A stretch of 63,904 nt of DNA, filler included, from Ministeria vibrans ATCC 50519 (lineage: Eukaryota; Protista; Filasterea), in NCBI GenBank assembly GCA_943704425.1. It is 10 parts of 10 records of this genome, joined end to end, with 100 filler letters (N's around TTAATTAATTAA, not from the genome) between each part and the next. Parts side by side here need not be neighbours in the genome. Positions count along the whole stretch, not along the records: positions 2,314 to 13,709 come from CALSCP010000949.1; positions 13,810 to 20,547 come from CALSCP010002374.1; positions 20,648 to 29,856 come from CALSCP010000409.1; 7 more parts are not named here. The stretch is one strand, 5' to 3'. The notes beneath the pieces are model-generated. The model was not told the DNA's origin, searched no databases, and saw nothing but the letters and a program-made list of their open reading frames with translations. Every line of letters starts with the position of its first letter. Within the stretch, counting starts at the first letter, position 1. Below are positions 11,901-23,800 of this stretch, one piece after another. The position numbers and the translations under genes are program-made.

Positions 11901-12690
11901 TGCCACTGCGATATCACGCAAACGCAAGAACAAGGGTGAGGAGGAAGGAGGAAGGGACCACGAGAGCGCTCTGTGGGACCACGAGAGCGCTCTGTGCACA
12001 CCCGTGGCGAAAAAGGCGAAGCGTGAGGCGAGCACAGTAGTGGCGGAGGAACTGACTCCTTCAAGGCGCCGCACTGTGAGCAACGTGGGGGCGGATGCTG
12101 GGGAGAAAGTGATTGTGATGTTTACGGGGGTGCAATTTGATGCGGGAGTAGCCTTGGTGACGCGACTGGGCGGGCAAGTGGTGGACTCGCCCGAGGGACT
12201 GGTGGGTGGACGAGCGGTGGTGGTGACGGACGCCAAGCTGAAGCGCACCGTCAAGCTTCTCTGTGCGATCTGTATGGGCGCGTCTGTCGTAACTGTGCAG
12301 TGGATTCACGAGTGCGAGCGTCTCGGTCACTTTGCCTCTACTGATGCGACCGCCGTGCACGACCGTACCGCCGAGCGCAAGTGGAACTTCCAGCTGAACG
12401 ACGCGGTGCGACGCGCGCGCTCTGCTCGTCTACTGCAGGGCAAGCGTGTGTATGTGACGGCAGGTGTGCGGCCGCCCCCCGCCGAAATGGCAACCATAGT
12501 CGAGTGTGCGGGTGGCACGTCTCTGACAAGTGCGCCGACTGGCCGTGTGCAAGCCAGCACTATTGTTGTGTCGACGGCGGATGAGCGCAAGCGGCTTCTG
12601 GCCAAATACAAGGGTCCCGTGCACTCCTCCGAGCTTCTTCTCTCAGGCGCTCTCAAGCAGCACCTCGAGCTTGACGAACATCTCTTGTGA
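8931..12690 (+). CDS. MDC1: MDC1-like DNA damage mediator (FHA - acidic repeats - tandem BRCT)
   Basis: FHA: VGR...SVSGHHA...DKGSRNGT across 2 introns. The C-terminal tandem BRCT (VMFTG...LGG...KRTVKLLCAI...W) closely parallels MDC1 (VLFTG...LGG...RRTVKFLCAL...W). Confidence 0.8.
10201..10570 (+). repeat. 66-bp coding tandem repeat (DDDGEKTDVxxEEAEEAKGxDV)
   Basis: Units start at 10201, 10267, 10333, 10399, 10465 and 10531, with degenerate EKTDVE copies flanking. Confidence 0.95.
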
Positions 12691-12753
12691 AATAAAACGC
12701 AATTTACATTATACATTCTGTTACAAGTCAAAGTGCACCGGCAGTGTGGCACG

Positions 12754-13212
12754 TCATTCGTGAGTGTCTGCAGGTCTTACGCTCGCGTCGCTCGCGTCGC
12801 TCCTCGCGGCCCGTCGCTCGATCCCCAGCCGTTCAAAAGTCTCGTCAACCTTGCGAGGCACCACCACGCGCATCACCTCTGCAAATTCGCGTATCTGCAA
12901 GAGAGGGGCGGTGAGACACGCGCGAAGAACCACTCGAAAGGGTACGGAGGTGATCTCAAAGTACTGGCGCGTTGCATAGACGCCCATGCCTGCTGACGCC
13001 CCGACGAGAGTCGTGGCGATGAAGAATGCCTTCCATGCAAGCGTCGCCGAGCTGCTCTGGAGAACTGCGAAACACAGAGAGAGAGTGGAAGTCACAAAGG
13101 CAAAGGGGACACAGTGGATACCGTTTGTTTTGCGCGTTTGGTAGTAGAACCCTGCTGCAAACGACAGTGCTCCGCACGAAAGCACTCCGATCGTCTCGGT
13201 GGCGAGAGGCAT
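12754..13212 (-). CDS. TMEM242/AIM11-like small mitochondrial membrane protein
   Basis: Two hydrophobic helices and LAWKAFFIATTLVG...YFEITS|IREFAEVMR, which resembles the TMEM242/AIM11 pattern (A.xAL..A/G....VxS..EF...M). Two introns. Confidence 0.5.
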   Translation of the reverse strand: MPLATETIGVLSCGALSFAAGFYYQTRKTNGIHCVPFAFVTSTLSLCFAVLQSSSATLAWKAFFIATTLVGASAGMGVYATRQYFEITSVPFRVVLRACLTAPLLQIREFAEVMRVVVPRKVDETFERLGIERRAARSDASDASVRPADTHE

Positions 13213-13319
13213 GCGAAAAGTTTAAAGTTCTAAAATTCTAATCGACAATCGTAAATAATTTTTCAGTTTTCACTTTTTTTTTTTTTGGAGTATCCGACTG
13301 GTGTATCGACTCGATTAAC

Positions 13320-13633
13320 ATGCAGAGTATGTTGCGACAATCATTACGGGCGGCCGTATCGCGCGTGCATACGGGATCAGTGGTACGCCATTCCGTTTGT
13401 GATTTGCGTTTGTCTCACTCTGCTCATCCGTGTCTCCAACGCCCCCGTGCGCCCTGCAGAGGCATGCATCGTCGCTGGTTGTGATTGACCACGACAACAA
13501 GACGATGGACAAGGCGTCGCTTAAGGCCGTGGCTGCCGCAACAAAGATTGGCGGCGACATCACTGCGCTCGTCTCGGGCTCAGGGTGCGCTGCCGTTGCC
13601 GACGAGGCTTCCACCATCACCGGCGTCACCAAG
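13320..13633 (+). CDS. ETFA: Electron transfer flavoprotein alpha subunit, N-terminal part (truncated by linker)
   Basis: Arg-rich targeting peptide MQSMLRQSLRAAVSR, then SSLVVIDHDNKTMDKASLKAVAAATKIGGDITALVSGSGCAAVADEA...GVTK. Confidence 0.88.
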
Positions 13634-14195
13634 GTGCCTGTTTTTGCCCACACCTGCTCCGCATCGACCAAACTTCTCACTTTTACACTCTCTTTTCCTT
13701 TTTTTTTTTNNNNNNNNNNNNNNNNNNNNNNNNNNNNNNNNNNNNNNNNNNNNTTAATTAATTAANNNNNNNNNNNNNNNNNNNNNNNNNNNNNNNNNNN
13801 NNNNNNNNNGAAATATTGCGACTGAAAACGAAAAAAAAAAAAAAAAAAAAAAAAAGGACAATCTGGAAAATGAGAAGGAAAAGAGCGCACGCCTGACAGT
13901 GTGTTGGCACGGAGCGGCCACTTTGTGCACGACTCCAGGGCTTGTCTGGGTGTGTCGTGTCTTCACTTTTGCGATGAGACGATTTTTTGTCTTTTTTTTT
14001 CCGTTTCTCTCTTTCACTCTCATTCGTGACAATCGCTGCTATTCCATCATCTGTTGTCTTGGGGCGAGATGGACCACGTAGCGTGCGTGCAAGCAATGGT
14101 GTGGTGTGGGCCGGGAAGCGTCTCTTAGATGATGTGCAGTGAACGATTTTCGAAAATCTGAGCTGATTTTTTCTCTTCTTTTTTATCTGTCTCAG

Positions 14196-15249
14196 TTGCA
14201 CCACAAGTAGGGAAAGCGGTGTCGTCGCGCATGGGAGCCCGAGCCCTGACGCCTGCGGCCCGTCTGATGAGCACGGGGCCGGCGCCGGTGCCGGACGACA
14301 AGAAGGCGAGCCTCAGTGATTCCATCCGGGGCATTGCGGGCGCCACAGGGCCCTTTGCGCTGGCCACCGGCGCCTTTCTTTGGGGCGTACGACATCCCCG
14401 CTACCCCCTCTTGCTTGCCGTACTAACTCTTTGTTATATGTTATATGTTTTTTTTTTGTGTGTTGTGTTTTTAGTTGTCAACAGAATACATTTTGCTCAA
14501 TGCCGAAGCAGTGCTCGTCTTTACGTTTGGCGCAACGCTGGTGCTTCTGCAGAAGAAAGTGGGGCCCATGGTGACCAAGGCACTCGAAGAAGACTCCAAC
14601 CGTATCTACGAGGAGATGAGTGCGTCGCGAAAGGCTCAAATTAAGGCCATTCACGAGGCAATTGAGGTAGAAAAAGAACAAAAGCGATGGAGAGGAGGAG
14701 AAAGAAACACAGGGATGGAGAGGAGGAGAGAGAGAAACAGGGAAAGGGAGAGACACATACATACAAGAGTCCACTAAGCTTTTTTTTGTTTTTGTAGGAG
14801 ATTGAGGCGCAAAAGGCGGCACTTCCTGCGTTGAAGGAGGCAGCCGACATTGACCATGCTCTGTTCACAGTGCAGGAGGCGGCACTCGAGGCGTCTGCAC
14901 GCGACACGGTACCGACACTACAATAATCAACAATACCACTCTACAATAATAATCCCACACTACAATAATTCCACACTACAATTATCCCACTCTACAATAA
15001 TCCCACACATATACTCACACACACACACACTGACTTTGTCCCACATTTTTGCAGACTCGCATTGCATTTGAGACGACGCTGGAGCTGCAGGCATCGCAGG
15101 AGGCGACAGAGCGACAGAGCGTGCATGCCATGGTCGCTGAAGGTGTTGTCAAGGGCGTCCTGGACGAGCTCAAGACATCAAAGGACCTGCGCGACAACTT
15201 CCTCAACAACGCCATCAAGACCCTCAAGGGCATTTCTGTCGCAAACTGA
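14196..15249 (+). CDS. ATP5PB: Mitochondrial ATP synthase peripheral stalk subunit b (first exon missing)
   Basis: GATGPFALATGAFLWG|LSTEYILLNAE...KKVGP...KAQIKAIHEAIE matches animal/fungal subunit b (GVTGPY..GTG...LSKE.Y...AE...KK.GP). Confidence 0.85.
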
Positions 15250-15394
15250 ATCATAAGCACCCCGTAATACAATTATTCCTTTTTTTCATATAATATTATT
15301 ATTTATTTTGAGAGAGAGACAGAGAGAGTGAAAAACAAACGCAAAGGTCGTTTTTGTATTGTACACAGAAAAGGAATTGGCCAATTGGGTTGCT

Positions 15395-15927
15395 TTAGTG
15401 GTGCTTCTTGACGCCATGGAGGTACTCTGACGAAGCCTTGGCTTCCTCTGCAACAGCCAAAGGGAACGCAGAGAGAGAGTGTGTGAGTTTGTGTGAGTTT
15501 TATGTGTGTGAGAACGAAAAATATAATAATCATTTCGAAAATGAGCTGTGAATCGCATAAGGAACGGTCCAATCGACGGTCTTCAGCACCCCAGTGGCTG
15601 ACCAAACATGCAAAGCAACACCTCCACGGCATGGCAGCGCGCAGAACGACGTGTACGCGGCGAGAAGAGCAGAAAAAAGAGAAAAAAAAAAAGAGATGGG
15701 TTTGCACGTCAAAAAAAAAAAAGGATAATAAATAGAAAAACAAGATGGGATTCTGACGAGAATGGGAGCTGTCGACGGTAAAAAGCGAGAGAGGCAGGCA
15801 GAGAGGGAGCAGCGGGCGTACCAGAGGGTTTCATTGTAAAGACAAAGTACGACAGAAAGACGGTGGAGGTGCAGAAGTCAACGAAGGGCATGAAGACGTG
15901 CTTGGTCTTGGTCAGAGATCCGATCAT
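15395..15927 (-). CDS. ~52-aa single-TM micro-protein resembling ATP synthase subunit j/6.8PL
   Basis: Exon 1 (ATG at 15927) ends at CCCTCTG|gtacg and splices in frame to cag|AGGAAGCC...CACCACTAA. Product: MIGSLTKTKHVFMPFVDFCTSTVFLSYFVFTMKPSEEAKASSEYLHGVKKHH. Confidence 0.5.
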
Positions 15928-15967
15928 GGTGGCAGACGAACAGTGGCGCGAGATGAATAGAGTGATG

Positions 15968-15991
15968 ACTGATCACTGATCAGTGATCAGT
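15968..15991. promoter_or_regulatory. 24-bp perfect palindrome in a divergent promoter
   Basis: ACTGATCACTGATCAGTGATCAGT lies between ATGs at 15927(-) and 16059(+). Confidence 0.55.
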
Positions 15992-16058
15992 GATCAGTGA
16001 GGGGATCAAACATAAGAAACATTCAGAAATTTCTCTTTCTCTTGAGCTCATTCTTGCA

Positions 16059-16981
16059 ATGGACGACAGTCACGACACGAGCGGCGAAGTAGAAGATCGA
16101 GACAGACGAGTTGCCGACCTAAAGCTTTTCTTCTCAAAGTATAGATCAAAGAAGACTCAAATGATCTCATTTCTCTCTCTCTCTCTCTCTGTTCTCCAGT
16201 CACACACACTATAGAATATTCAACGGAGGTAGCCGCCTCCCCGACCTAGTGCGTGAATGGGGTCGGCCTGTGGCGCTGGGGGGCGTGGCAGCCTTCTTTG
16301 TGGGCGGCATGGCGGGGGCAGTGCGCCAGGTCAACACTTGGCGCCTGTCCCATCCCGAAATCACCTTTGCCTCGCCGCTGCACGCACACGTAAGGCTTCA
16401 TGGCGCGAGAGGGGGGGGGAAGGGGATTCAAAGTGAGAGCGTGCTTACTGATCAGTTGTGCACACACACACACACTACAGCGCCAGCAAAACTACCAGGC
16501 GATCATGGGCTTTGGGCGACAAGGGGCGCTCAGTGCACTCCGGTTTGGCACGATCATTGGGCTGTACATGGGAGTACAGCTGGCATTGCGCGAGACACGA
16601 GCGCGTCGCGATGCTCTCAACTACGTGGGAGCAGGTGTAGCGACGACGCTCGTGGCGGCTGGCATGGGAGGGACGCAGGGACTGCCGCGTGCCCTTGCGG
16701 CCGGTGTGCTTGTCTCGGGCGTCGCTGGTTTGCTGCTGGGGACGCTTGATGGGGCATTGGAGGGCCAACGAGAGCAACAGCGCATTGAGCGACGACGCAT
16801 GGACCAAGAGAGAGCGGTGCGCGAGGACGCAGCGCACGAGACGCTCAGTCTCCTCTCTGAGGTGCTTAGTACACAACTCGATGTGTACAGCCAAGTGCTT
16901 GTCCTGGACCGACCTACGAGAAGTGCAAGAGCGCCAAAAACCGAGGAGAGTGCGAAGGAGCACTCCTCTGAGAGCGACTGA
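16059..16981 (+). CDS. TIMMDC1: Tim17-family protein, TIMMDC1-like complex I assembly factor
   Basis: GGMAGA...TFASPLHAH|RQQNYQAIMGFGRQGALSALRFG...RARRDALNYVGAG resembles TIMMDC1 (RGFIRYG...RNKDALSHFVIAG). Confidence 0.7.
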
Positions 16982-17033
16982 TGCTTTCGTGTGCAAATGT
17001 ACCAACAACGTATTACACAAAATCTTTGTCTCT

Positions 17034-17561
17034 TTAATCGTCTCTTTGAACCATTGGTCTATGCGCGCGGGCAATCGCCGATAAGGGAGCGTTTGCGCCC
17101 GACGACGACGCCGCCGCAGCCGTGGCGGGCTCTTCACAGCGCAGTCCGGAACCTGAAAACGAAGGAGAGACGAGTGAGGAGAAGAGCATTGCGATCAGTC
17201 GCTCTGTACCCACAGACATCACAAAGCCAAAGGTGCCGCCCATCTGCAGCATCGCCTGGCCAACGGCAGAGAGGAACGGGCGTCCACGAAGACCAAATCT
17301 GCGCATAGATTGGTGCAGAGGAAGAGAGAGAGAGAGAGAGTGTGTGTGTGAGAGTGTGAGATTAAGTTGGTGACACACTGTGCGTCCGCTCGTCCTTGTG
17401 GCGCTACCTAAAGGCATTAAAGCCGCCAAAGAGCGCACCCATCGACACACCCACAACACTGCCGAGCACGGCGCCCGTCATCACGCGTTCCTTGCACCTG
17501 CACACGCACAGTTTTCGTCAGAGCCCTCTCGCCCTCGCTCTCGTCGCTCTTACGTCGCCAT
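17034..17561 (-). CDS. ROMO1: ROMO1/Mgr2 mitochondrial inner membrane protein
   Basis: MAT|CKERVMTGAVLGSVVGVSMGALFGGFNAFR|FGLRGRPFLSAVGQAMLQMGGTFGFVMSVG...LRC. Confidence 0.92.
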
Positions 17562-17809
17562 TGAATGTTCTCCTTCACGTCACGTCGCTGCTGATACAAA
17601 TGAAATCCCAGGGGAGCAAGTACGAAACTTAGAAAATTGTGAGACTTGTGAGTGTGTCAGTGTGAGTCTCTGAGTGTGTTGCCGTGTCACTGATCACTGA
17701 ATACTGATCAGTGAAGACTTTTTTTTTAATTCTTCATTTTGCTCAATATTTGCTACAACCCATACCTTTAGTTCTTTACACTCTAGTATACACCAATATC
17801 CAGTGCTCC

Positions 17810-18733
17810 ATGGCCGCCAAAAGTGTAAGCATGAGAGTTAAAAGCGCCACCTTTAACCTTTCTGTCTCTCTGCTCTACAGAAAGTCAACGATGTCGCCTT
17901 TCGACGTACCTGGGATGAGTCGGAGTACGAAGAGAAGGCGCGCAAGCGAGAGGAAGACAAGGCTGGTAAAACGAGCGCGCTGAGACGTTTGTTCGTCGCT
18001 CAACTCTCCTTCTTGCGCTCTTCTTTCCCTCTCCCTCTTCCCAGTGACTCGCGTTGAGAAGCCTGTTGCAACCGAAATGCTGAAACCCAGAGACGCTCCT
18101 GTTGAGCTGGACGTGAACGTTGGAAAGGTGTCGCTTGTCACCAAAGAAGCGTAAGCAATCCTCTGGATCTGCATTCGGTTTTGATTTTTGTTTCTGTGCA
18201 TAGTGGACTGGACAGAGGACCTGGCTACTACTGCGACCTCTGCGACTGTACTCTGAAAGATTCCAAAACCTATCTGGGCCATTTGAACGGACGAAAACGT
18301 ACGGAAGACGACAGAGTTAGAATGAGAACACTCACTTTCTGTCAAACTGTGTAGATCAAGCAATGAAAGGAATGTCAATGAAAGTCGAACGGTCCACAGT
18401 CGAACAGGTAGCAAACAAATTCAAAGAGCTCAAGCGAAAACGAGAAGAAGGCAAACCACAATACGGTACACGCATTTAAAACACAACAGGAGTAAAGAAA
18501 AGAACAACAGCAACTCAAACGAGTCTCGTCTCTCTCTTATTCTTCGAGTAGATTTGAAAAAAAGACTTGCCGAGGCACGTGCAGTAGAAGACGCTGCAAG
18601 ACAAGCGCGAAAGGAGCGCAAACGACAGCGCAAAGAGACGGAAGAGCAGCGACAGAGCACAGACGGGCCCAGTGAGTTTGTCGTACAGCAGAGTGACATG
18701 GCCTCTGTCATGGGCTTTGCTTCCTTCGCCTGA
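17810..18733 (+). CDS. ZMAT2: Zinc finger matrin-type 2 / Snu23 spliceosomal protein
   Basis: FRRTWDESEYE, GYYCDLCDCTLKDSKTYLGHLNGRKH, GMSMKVERSTVEQV, and terminal MASVMGFASFA*. Confidence 0.93.
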
Positions 18734-18898
18734 CTCTATCACTTTCTCTCTCTATCACTTTGTTTCTTTTTCCCTCCTCTCTCTCTCTCTCTATCACTTA
18801 GTTTCTTTCTCCTCTCTCTCTCTCTCTCGAACGATTTGTGTGTGATTGTACGATACTTATGATGTTTAAATAGGAATTATTTATAATCTCTCTCTGTC

Positions 18899-18936
<38 letters not shown>

Positions 18937-18939
<3 letters not shown>

Positions 18940-20547
18940 AACTTCATACGACGTCATTCTGGAGAGTGAACTCATTTCAAACTCCTGCGCGTGCTCTTCT
19001 TCAGCCGTCGATGACCGTCGTGACTCAGCAACAAGATTTAGACCGCGATTGGCCCTACACACACGCGCAAAGTGTTAACCAACGCACTATCTTATTTTTC
19101 TCTCCTCTCTCCTTATAATTATCTCTATGTCTTACCTGAGAACTGACGCTTGACGATCACGTTTAACGTTGAGCATGGAATCGCCGCGTTGGACACCGCG
19201 AGTGCCGCCAGAGAGCCCACCCGATGACATGCGCTTCTGAATGGGAACCTAAGCAAAGAGACAGTCAGTCACACATATTCTTATACAAAAAACACTTACA
19301 TCGACACGCTGGTTAAGACGAGTGCGCGCTCCACGTTGGTTGTGGCGAGAGTACAACACAATCACAACGACAAGCACAAGAACGAGGATTCCGCCCACAA
19401 TACCGCCAATGAGCGCACCCGACGACGAGCCCGACGACGAGCCACCCGTGCCCCCGACAATCGGTGTTTCGCACATCTCGCCCGTTGCACTCGCAGGACA
19501 CGTGCATACAAAGCCCGGCGTGACCACGTCCTGAGTACACACCCCGCCGTTCTGACAGGGCGTCGACAGACAGGCGTCGGGCGCGCGCAGGGGCGCCACC
19601 AGTCCTCCCGTGCCCGTCAGCGCACCGCACACCGACCCCGCGTTGCACGTTGTCGCACGCCGTCCTAGCCCATTGCTGCGCACCACGTCGTCCTCAATAG
19701 TCCACGTACCGCCAGTCAGTGCTGCACGGTACATGAACCGGTTCGAAATTTGACCGCCATCAATCTCAATCTGGACCTCAATGGGCAGCGTCAACGAATT
19801 AGATGCCTCAAAGCGATACACCACCTGGGGGTTGTTGAGCAGGAGAGAGCCACTGGGAAGTGGCGCATTGCTGGGCGCACCCACCGTGGTCGTGATTGTA
19901 ATGCGGGTAGTCGACGAGAAAGTGCCCGTGAGGAACACAAAGCTAAACTTGCCCACTGTTACAGTGCCACTGTTGGTGCCCACCTCAATGTCTTCGCACT
20001 GGTCGCCTGTGAAAAACTGCTGGCACGTGCAGGTGTGTCCATTCACTCCGTCCACACACGTCGCCCCGTTCTGGCACGGTGTGCTCGCACACTCGTCCGT
20101 GTTCGTCGCACACAAACCACCCTCAAATCCGGCAGCACACGTACACGTGAATTGATCAACGCCATCCACACACGTCGCACCGTTCTGGCACGGTGTGCTC
20201 GCACATTCATCAATGTTCGTGTCGCACAGAGTGTTGGTGAAGCCAGCAGCACACGTGCAAGTAAATTGATCAACACCATCCACACACACCGCACCGTTCT
20301 GGCACGGCGAAGACGCACACTCCTCAATATTAGTGTCGCACAGACTGTTTGTAAATCCGGCAGCACACGTGCACGTAAATTGATCAACGCCATCCACACA
20401 CGTCGCGCCGTTCTGGCACGGCGTGCTCGCACATTCATCAATGTTCGTGTCACACAGAGTGTTTGTAAATCCGGCAGCACACGTGCATGTAAATTGATCA
20501 ACGCCATCCACACACGTCGCACCGTTCTGGCACGGTGTGCTCGCGCA
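18937..20547 (-). CDS. Single-pass membrane protein with Ca-binding EGF repeats, a ZU5-like insert and a short cytoplasmic tail (5' truncated)
   Basis: Tandem 38-aa NIDECASTPCQNGATCVDGVDQFTCTCAAGF units, a beta-rich insert, a juxtamembrane EGF, and TM LIGGIVGGILVLVLVVVIVLY. The spliced tail ends ...MTSYEV*. Confidence 0.85.
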
Positions 20548-20857
20548 NNNNNNNNNNNNNNNNNNNNNNNNNNNNNNNNNNNNNNNNNNNNTTAATTAAT
20601 TAANNNNNNNNNNNNNNNNNNNNNNNNNNNNNNNNNNNNNNNNNNNNCCCGGTTTTTTTTTTCTTTTTTTTTTTTTTTGTTGTTTGACATTGACAACCCA
20701 AACTTGTCAGTTGCGATGGATCGCCCTTTCCTTCCGCGCCTGCCCCTGCGCGCCCTCTCTGCTTCACGCCTTGTCCCAGGACCCATCCATCTCCCCTCTC
20801 TTACCCTGCGTCTTGCTCGCTCTTCCCTTCGCTCTCTCTCTCTCTCTTTCTCTGTAG

Positions 20858-23800
20858 ACGTACGGCAGTGGGTTTTTGCAAGTGACTCGCACTTGGCGAC
20901 GAGCCTTCAACCACGTCCACGCGTACTGCTCGCCGCGAGCGGCCGCCATCAACCACGACACCACGCTTGACATTGTGTTCTGCCACGGCGGCGAAGAGCC
21001 TTACCAAGTGGGAGGCATCTACAGTGGTACACTCAGTCCACTCTGATGCACTATCTCTCTCTCACACTGTGCCTTGTTGCATGTAGGCACCAAGGGCCTT
21101 GACGGCAAGAATGGCTCATCTCTCTGGGAGTTTGATGTCCATTTGAGTCCACTTGGACTTGACTGTCACCTGGACATGGACGGTGACGGTGAGCCCGATA
21201 CGTGTTTCATTGCTGGTCGCAACGGTGTGATGCGACTGTTTCACATTAAGACAGGCCAAGTAAAAAGAGGCTACAAGTTTTTTGTTGTTCTTGTCGTCTC
21301 CCCCTCACCCGTCTCCTTGTTTCATTGCAGACCGTCTGGGACGCGGGCTACGGCCCTGAGCGAAACGTTGCTGTCCGAAACCACTATCGGCCTCTACCCG
21401 TAGGCGACTGGGACAACGATGGTGTGTTGGACTTTGTGCTTGCACAGGGTGGCACCAACGGACCCACTCGGCCCTCGGCCTCACTGCGTCTCATGAGTGG
21501 CGGTCGTCCCGGCATCAACATTGCCGAGATGCGCTCACCGGACAGTCAGGAGACGTACTTCCCTCCAGTGATGTACACTCGTAAAGACGGAATGGAGGTA
21601 GAGAGAGACCTGTCGCCCAAGAGAGATCGCAAACTTTTTCTTTTCTAGTGGCTAGTGCTCGGCACTGGCGGTGAGACCAAACCCGGTGCGCTCTACCGCA
21701 TTCCTATGTGGGCATTTGCCAGCGGCTCCAAGGCGATTCGTGAGCGTCACCTAGAGCTGCTCTCGCTGCCAGACCCTTGCTGGCCGTCCCGCGGCAGCTC
21801 AGTGGCCCCTGTCCTGGTGGACCTCAACGGCGATCATGTCCCTGAAATTGTGATGAGCCACTACAGCGGGCGTGTTGTTGCGCTCGACGGCGAGACGGGC
21901 AAGCTTCTGTGGGAGGTCCCCGTCTCGCAGTGTTGGGAGCCCTGGGAGACATACTCGTCGCCCTCCGCCGCCCAATTCAACGAAGATGGCATCCCCGATA
22001 TCTTTGTTCAATTCACAAGAGGGTATAATATATATGAAGAAGCAGAGAATAGATATATAAATCCCCATTTGTGTGTGATAGCATCTGGATGATGTACGAC
22101 GCAGTGTGGCAAGCGATTTTGGACGGCAAGACGGGCGGGGTGCTGTACGAGTGGCGCGGTCGCTTCCAGAACCAAATGGTCCCGCTCATGACGTCGTCTC
22201 TTGCCATTCAGCGCAATGGCGTTGGCAATGACATCTTTGTGTTTTACCGTCTGACACCTGACATTCAAAAGGAAACAGGTACACAAACGAGAACGAAAGG
22301 AGAAAGAAGAATTGTTCACGTTAATGTTGCGTTTGTATAATTTATAGTGGATCATACAATAATTCACGGTGGTGAGATTGTCGATGACTCACCGCTGAAC
22401 CCTAACGAAGGACGAGTGGAAGAGCAAGTCCTGATGCGCAAAAAGAACTGGCATCAAGGTGAGACTGTGCGCTTCAACAATCAAAATCGTTATCTTTTAT
22501 TAATTGTGTTTTTAGCCATGGTATCGACGGGCAATGTTGAGCTGGAGCTGCGTGCGATCCGTCGTGCTCCAAGTAACTTGTTTTTTGTTTCATTGTCTGA
22601 CTTTTCTCACTTCTTATTTTTTTTTGTCTGCATTTTAGTCGCTGGTAACAATGGCACTGTGGTGGAAGAGACAGTGCTGTTCCGTCGCAACTACGAACGA
22701 CGCGCGACGTACTTTGAGGCAGTCGCTTCAACACCGCTCATTGAAGACCTTGACGGTGACGGTTTTCTTGACATCACTGTCGTCCTTCCGGGCCTGCCCG
22801 AGGTGCGATACACCAAACCCCCCTCAAACTAGATAATTATATTAATACGTATACGTCTTTGTTGTTGTAGGAGGGTGATAAGAAACTGAATGTCGACGAG
22901 GGATTTGACTCATCCGTCAACGTTCTCTCGTACTCTACCAACATTCCGCTCGAGCGTCCGCAGACATGGGGCGGCTACATTGGCACGGATGGCGACGCTC
23001 TTTTTGACACTCCCGACCATCGTGTACCCGCAAAGTGCTTTGTGCCCCTCACTCTACCCGAAGACGAACGGCAGGACGGTAATTCTCTTTTACCTTTACT
23101 TTGCTTTTTGTTCTTTCTCTCACTTTGTTTTCTTCTCTCTATCACTTTGTTTCTTTCTCCTCTATCTCTCTCTCTTTCACTTTGTTTCTTTCTCCTCTCT
23201 CTTTCTCTCCCTCTCTATCACTTTGCTTCTTTCTCCTCTCTCTTTCTCTCTCTCTCTCTTTCTTTCCCTCTCTTTTTTTCTTGCTTTCTTTCTTCCTCTT
23301 CAGCTGTGACGAGCGGAAGCGTTACGGCGACACTTGAGTGGCGCCAGAGCCTGGTGGAGACGGTGACGACGAGTTCGCCACAGCTGGTACGTGGACGCAC
23401 GTCCAAGTTGCTTGACATTGCCTTTGCCTATGGCTTGTCATTTGGCAAGAACGACGGTGGACCAGAGTCGGGTATGATGGTGTTGCGTGGCGACTCGGGC
23501 GAGGAGAAGTGGCGCTCGGAGACGCATGTGGGCATGACTTCGATCAACTGCCAGGTCAAGATGAACGGCACGACGCACGTGTGTGTGGGCGGTGGCTATG
23601 AGGGTATTTTACGAGCGGTCAATGTACGTGAGGGTGTCAGTGAGTACGACAGCGATGCGTCGGCCACCCATGGCAGTGGAGTGCGTGATGTGTCACATAT
23701 TTTGATGGTTCCCGATCAGAACGATGATGGTATTGCCGATGCGGTGTCCTTGCATGGTGGTGTGGAGTCGTCGCAATTGGGCAGTGCGCCCATTGTACGA

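Noticed and set aside
12754-17561. Six-gene mitochondrial cluster spanning the linker
   Set aside because: Contig adjacency is unverified; only the four-gene block within one contig is claimed.
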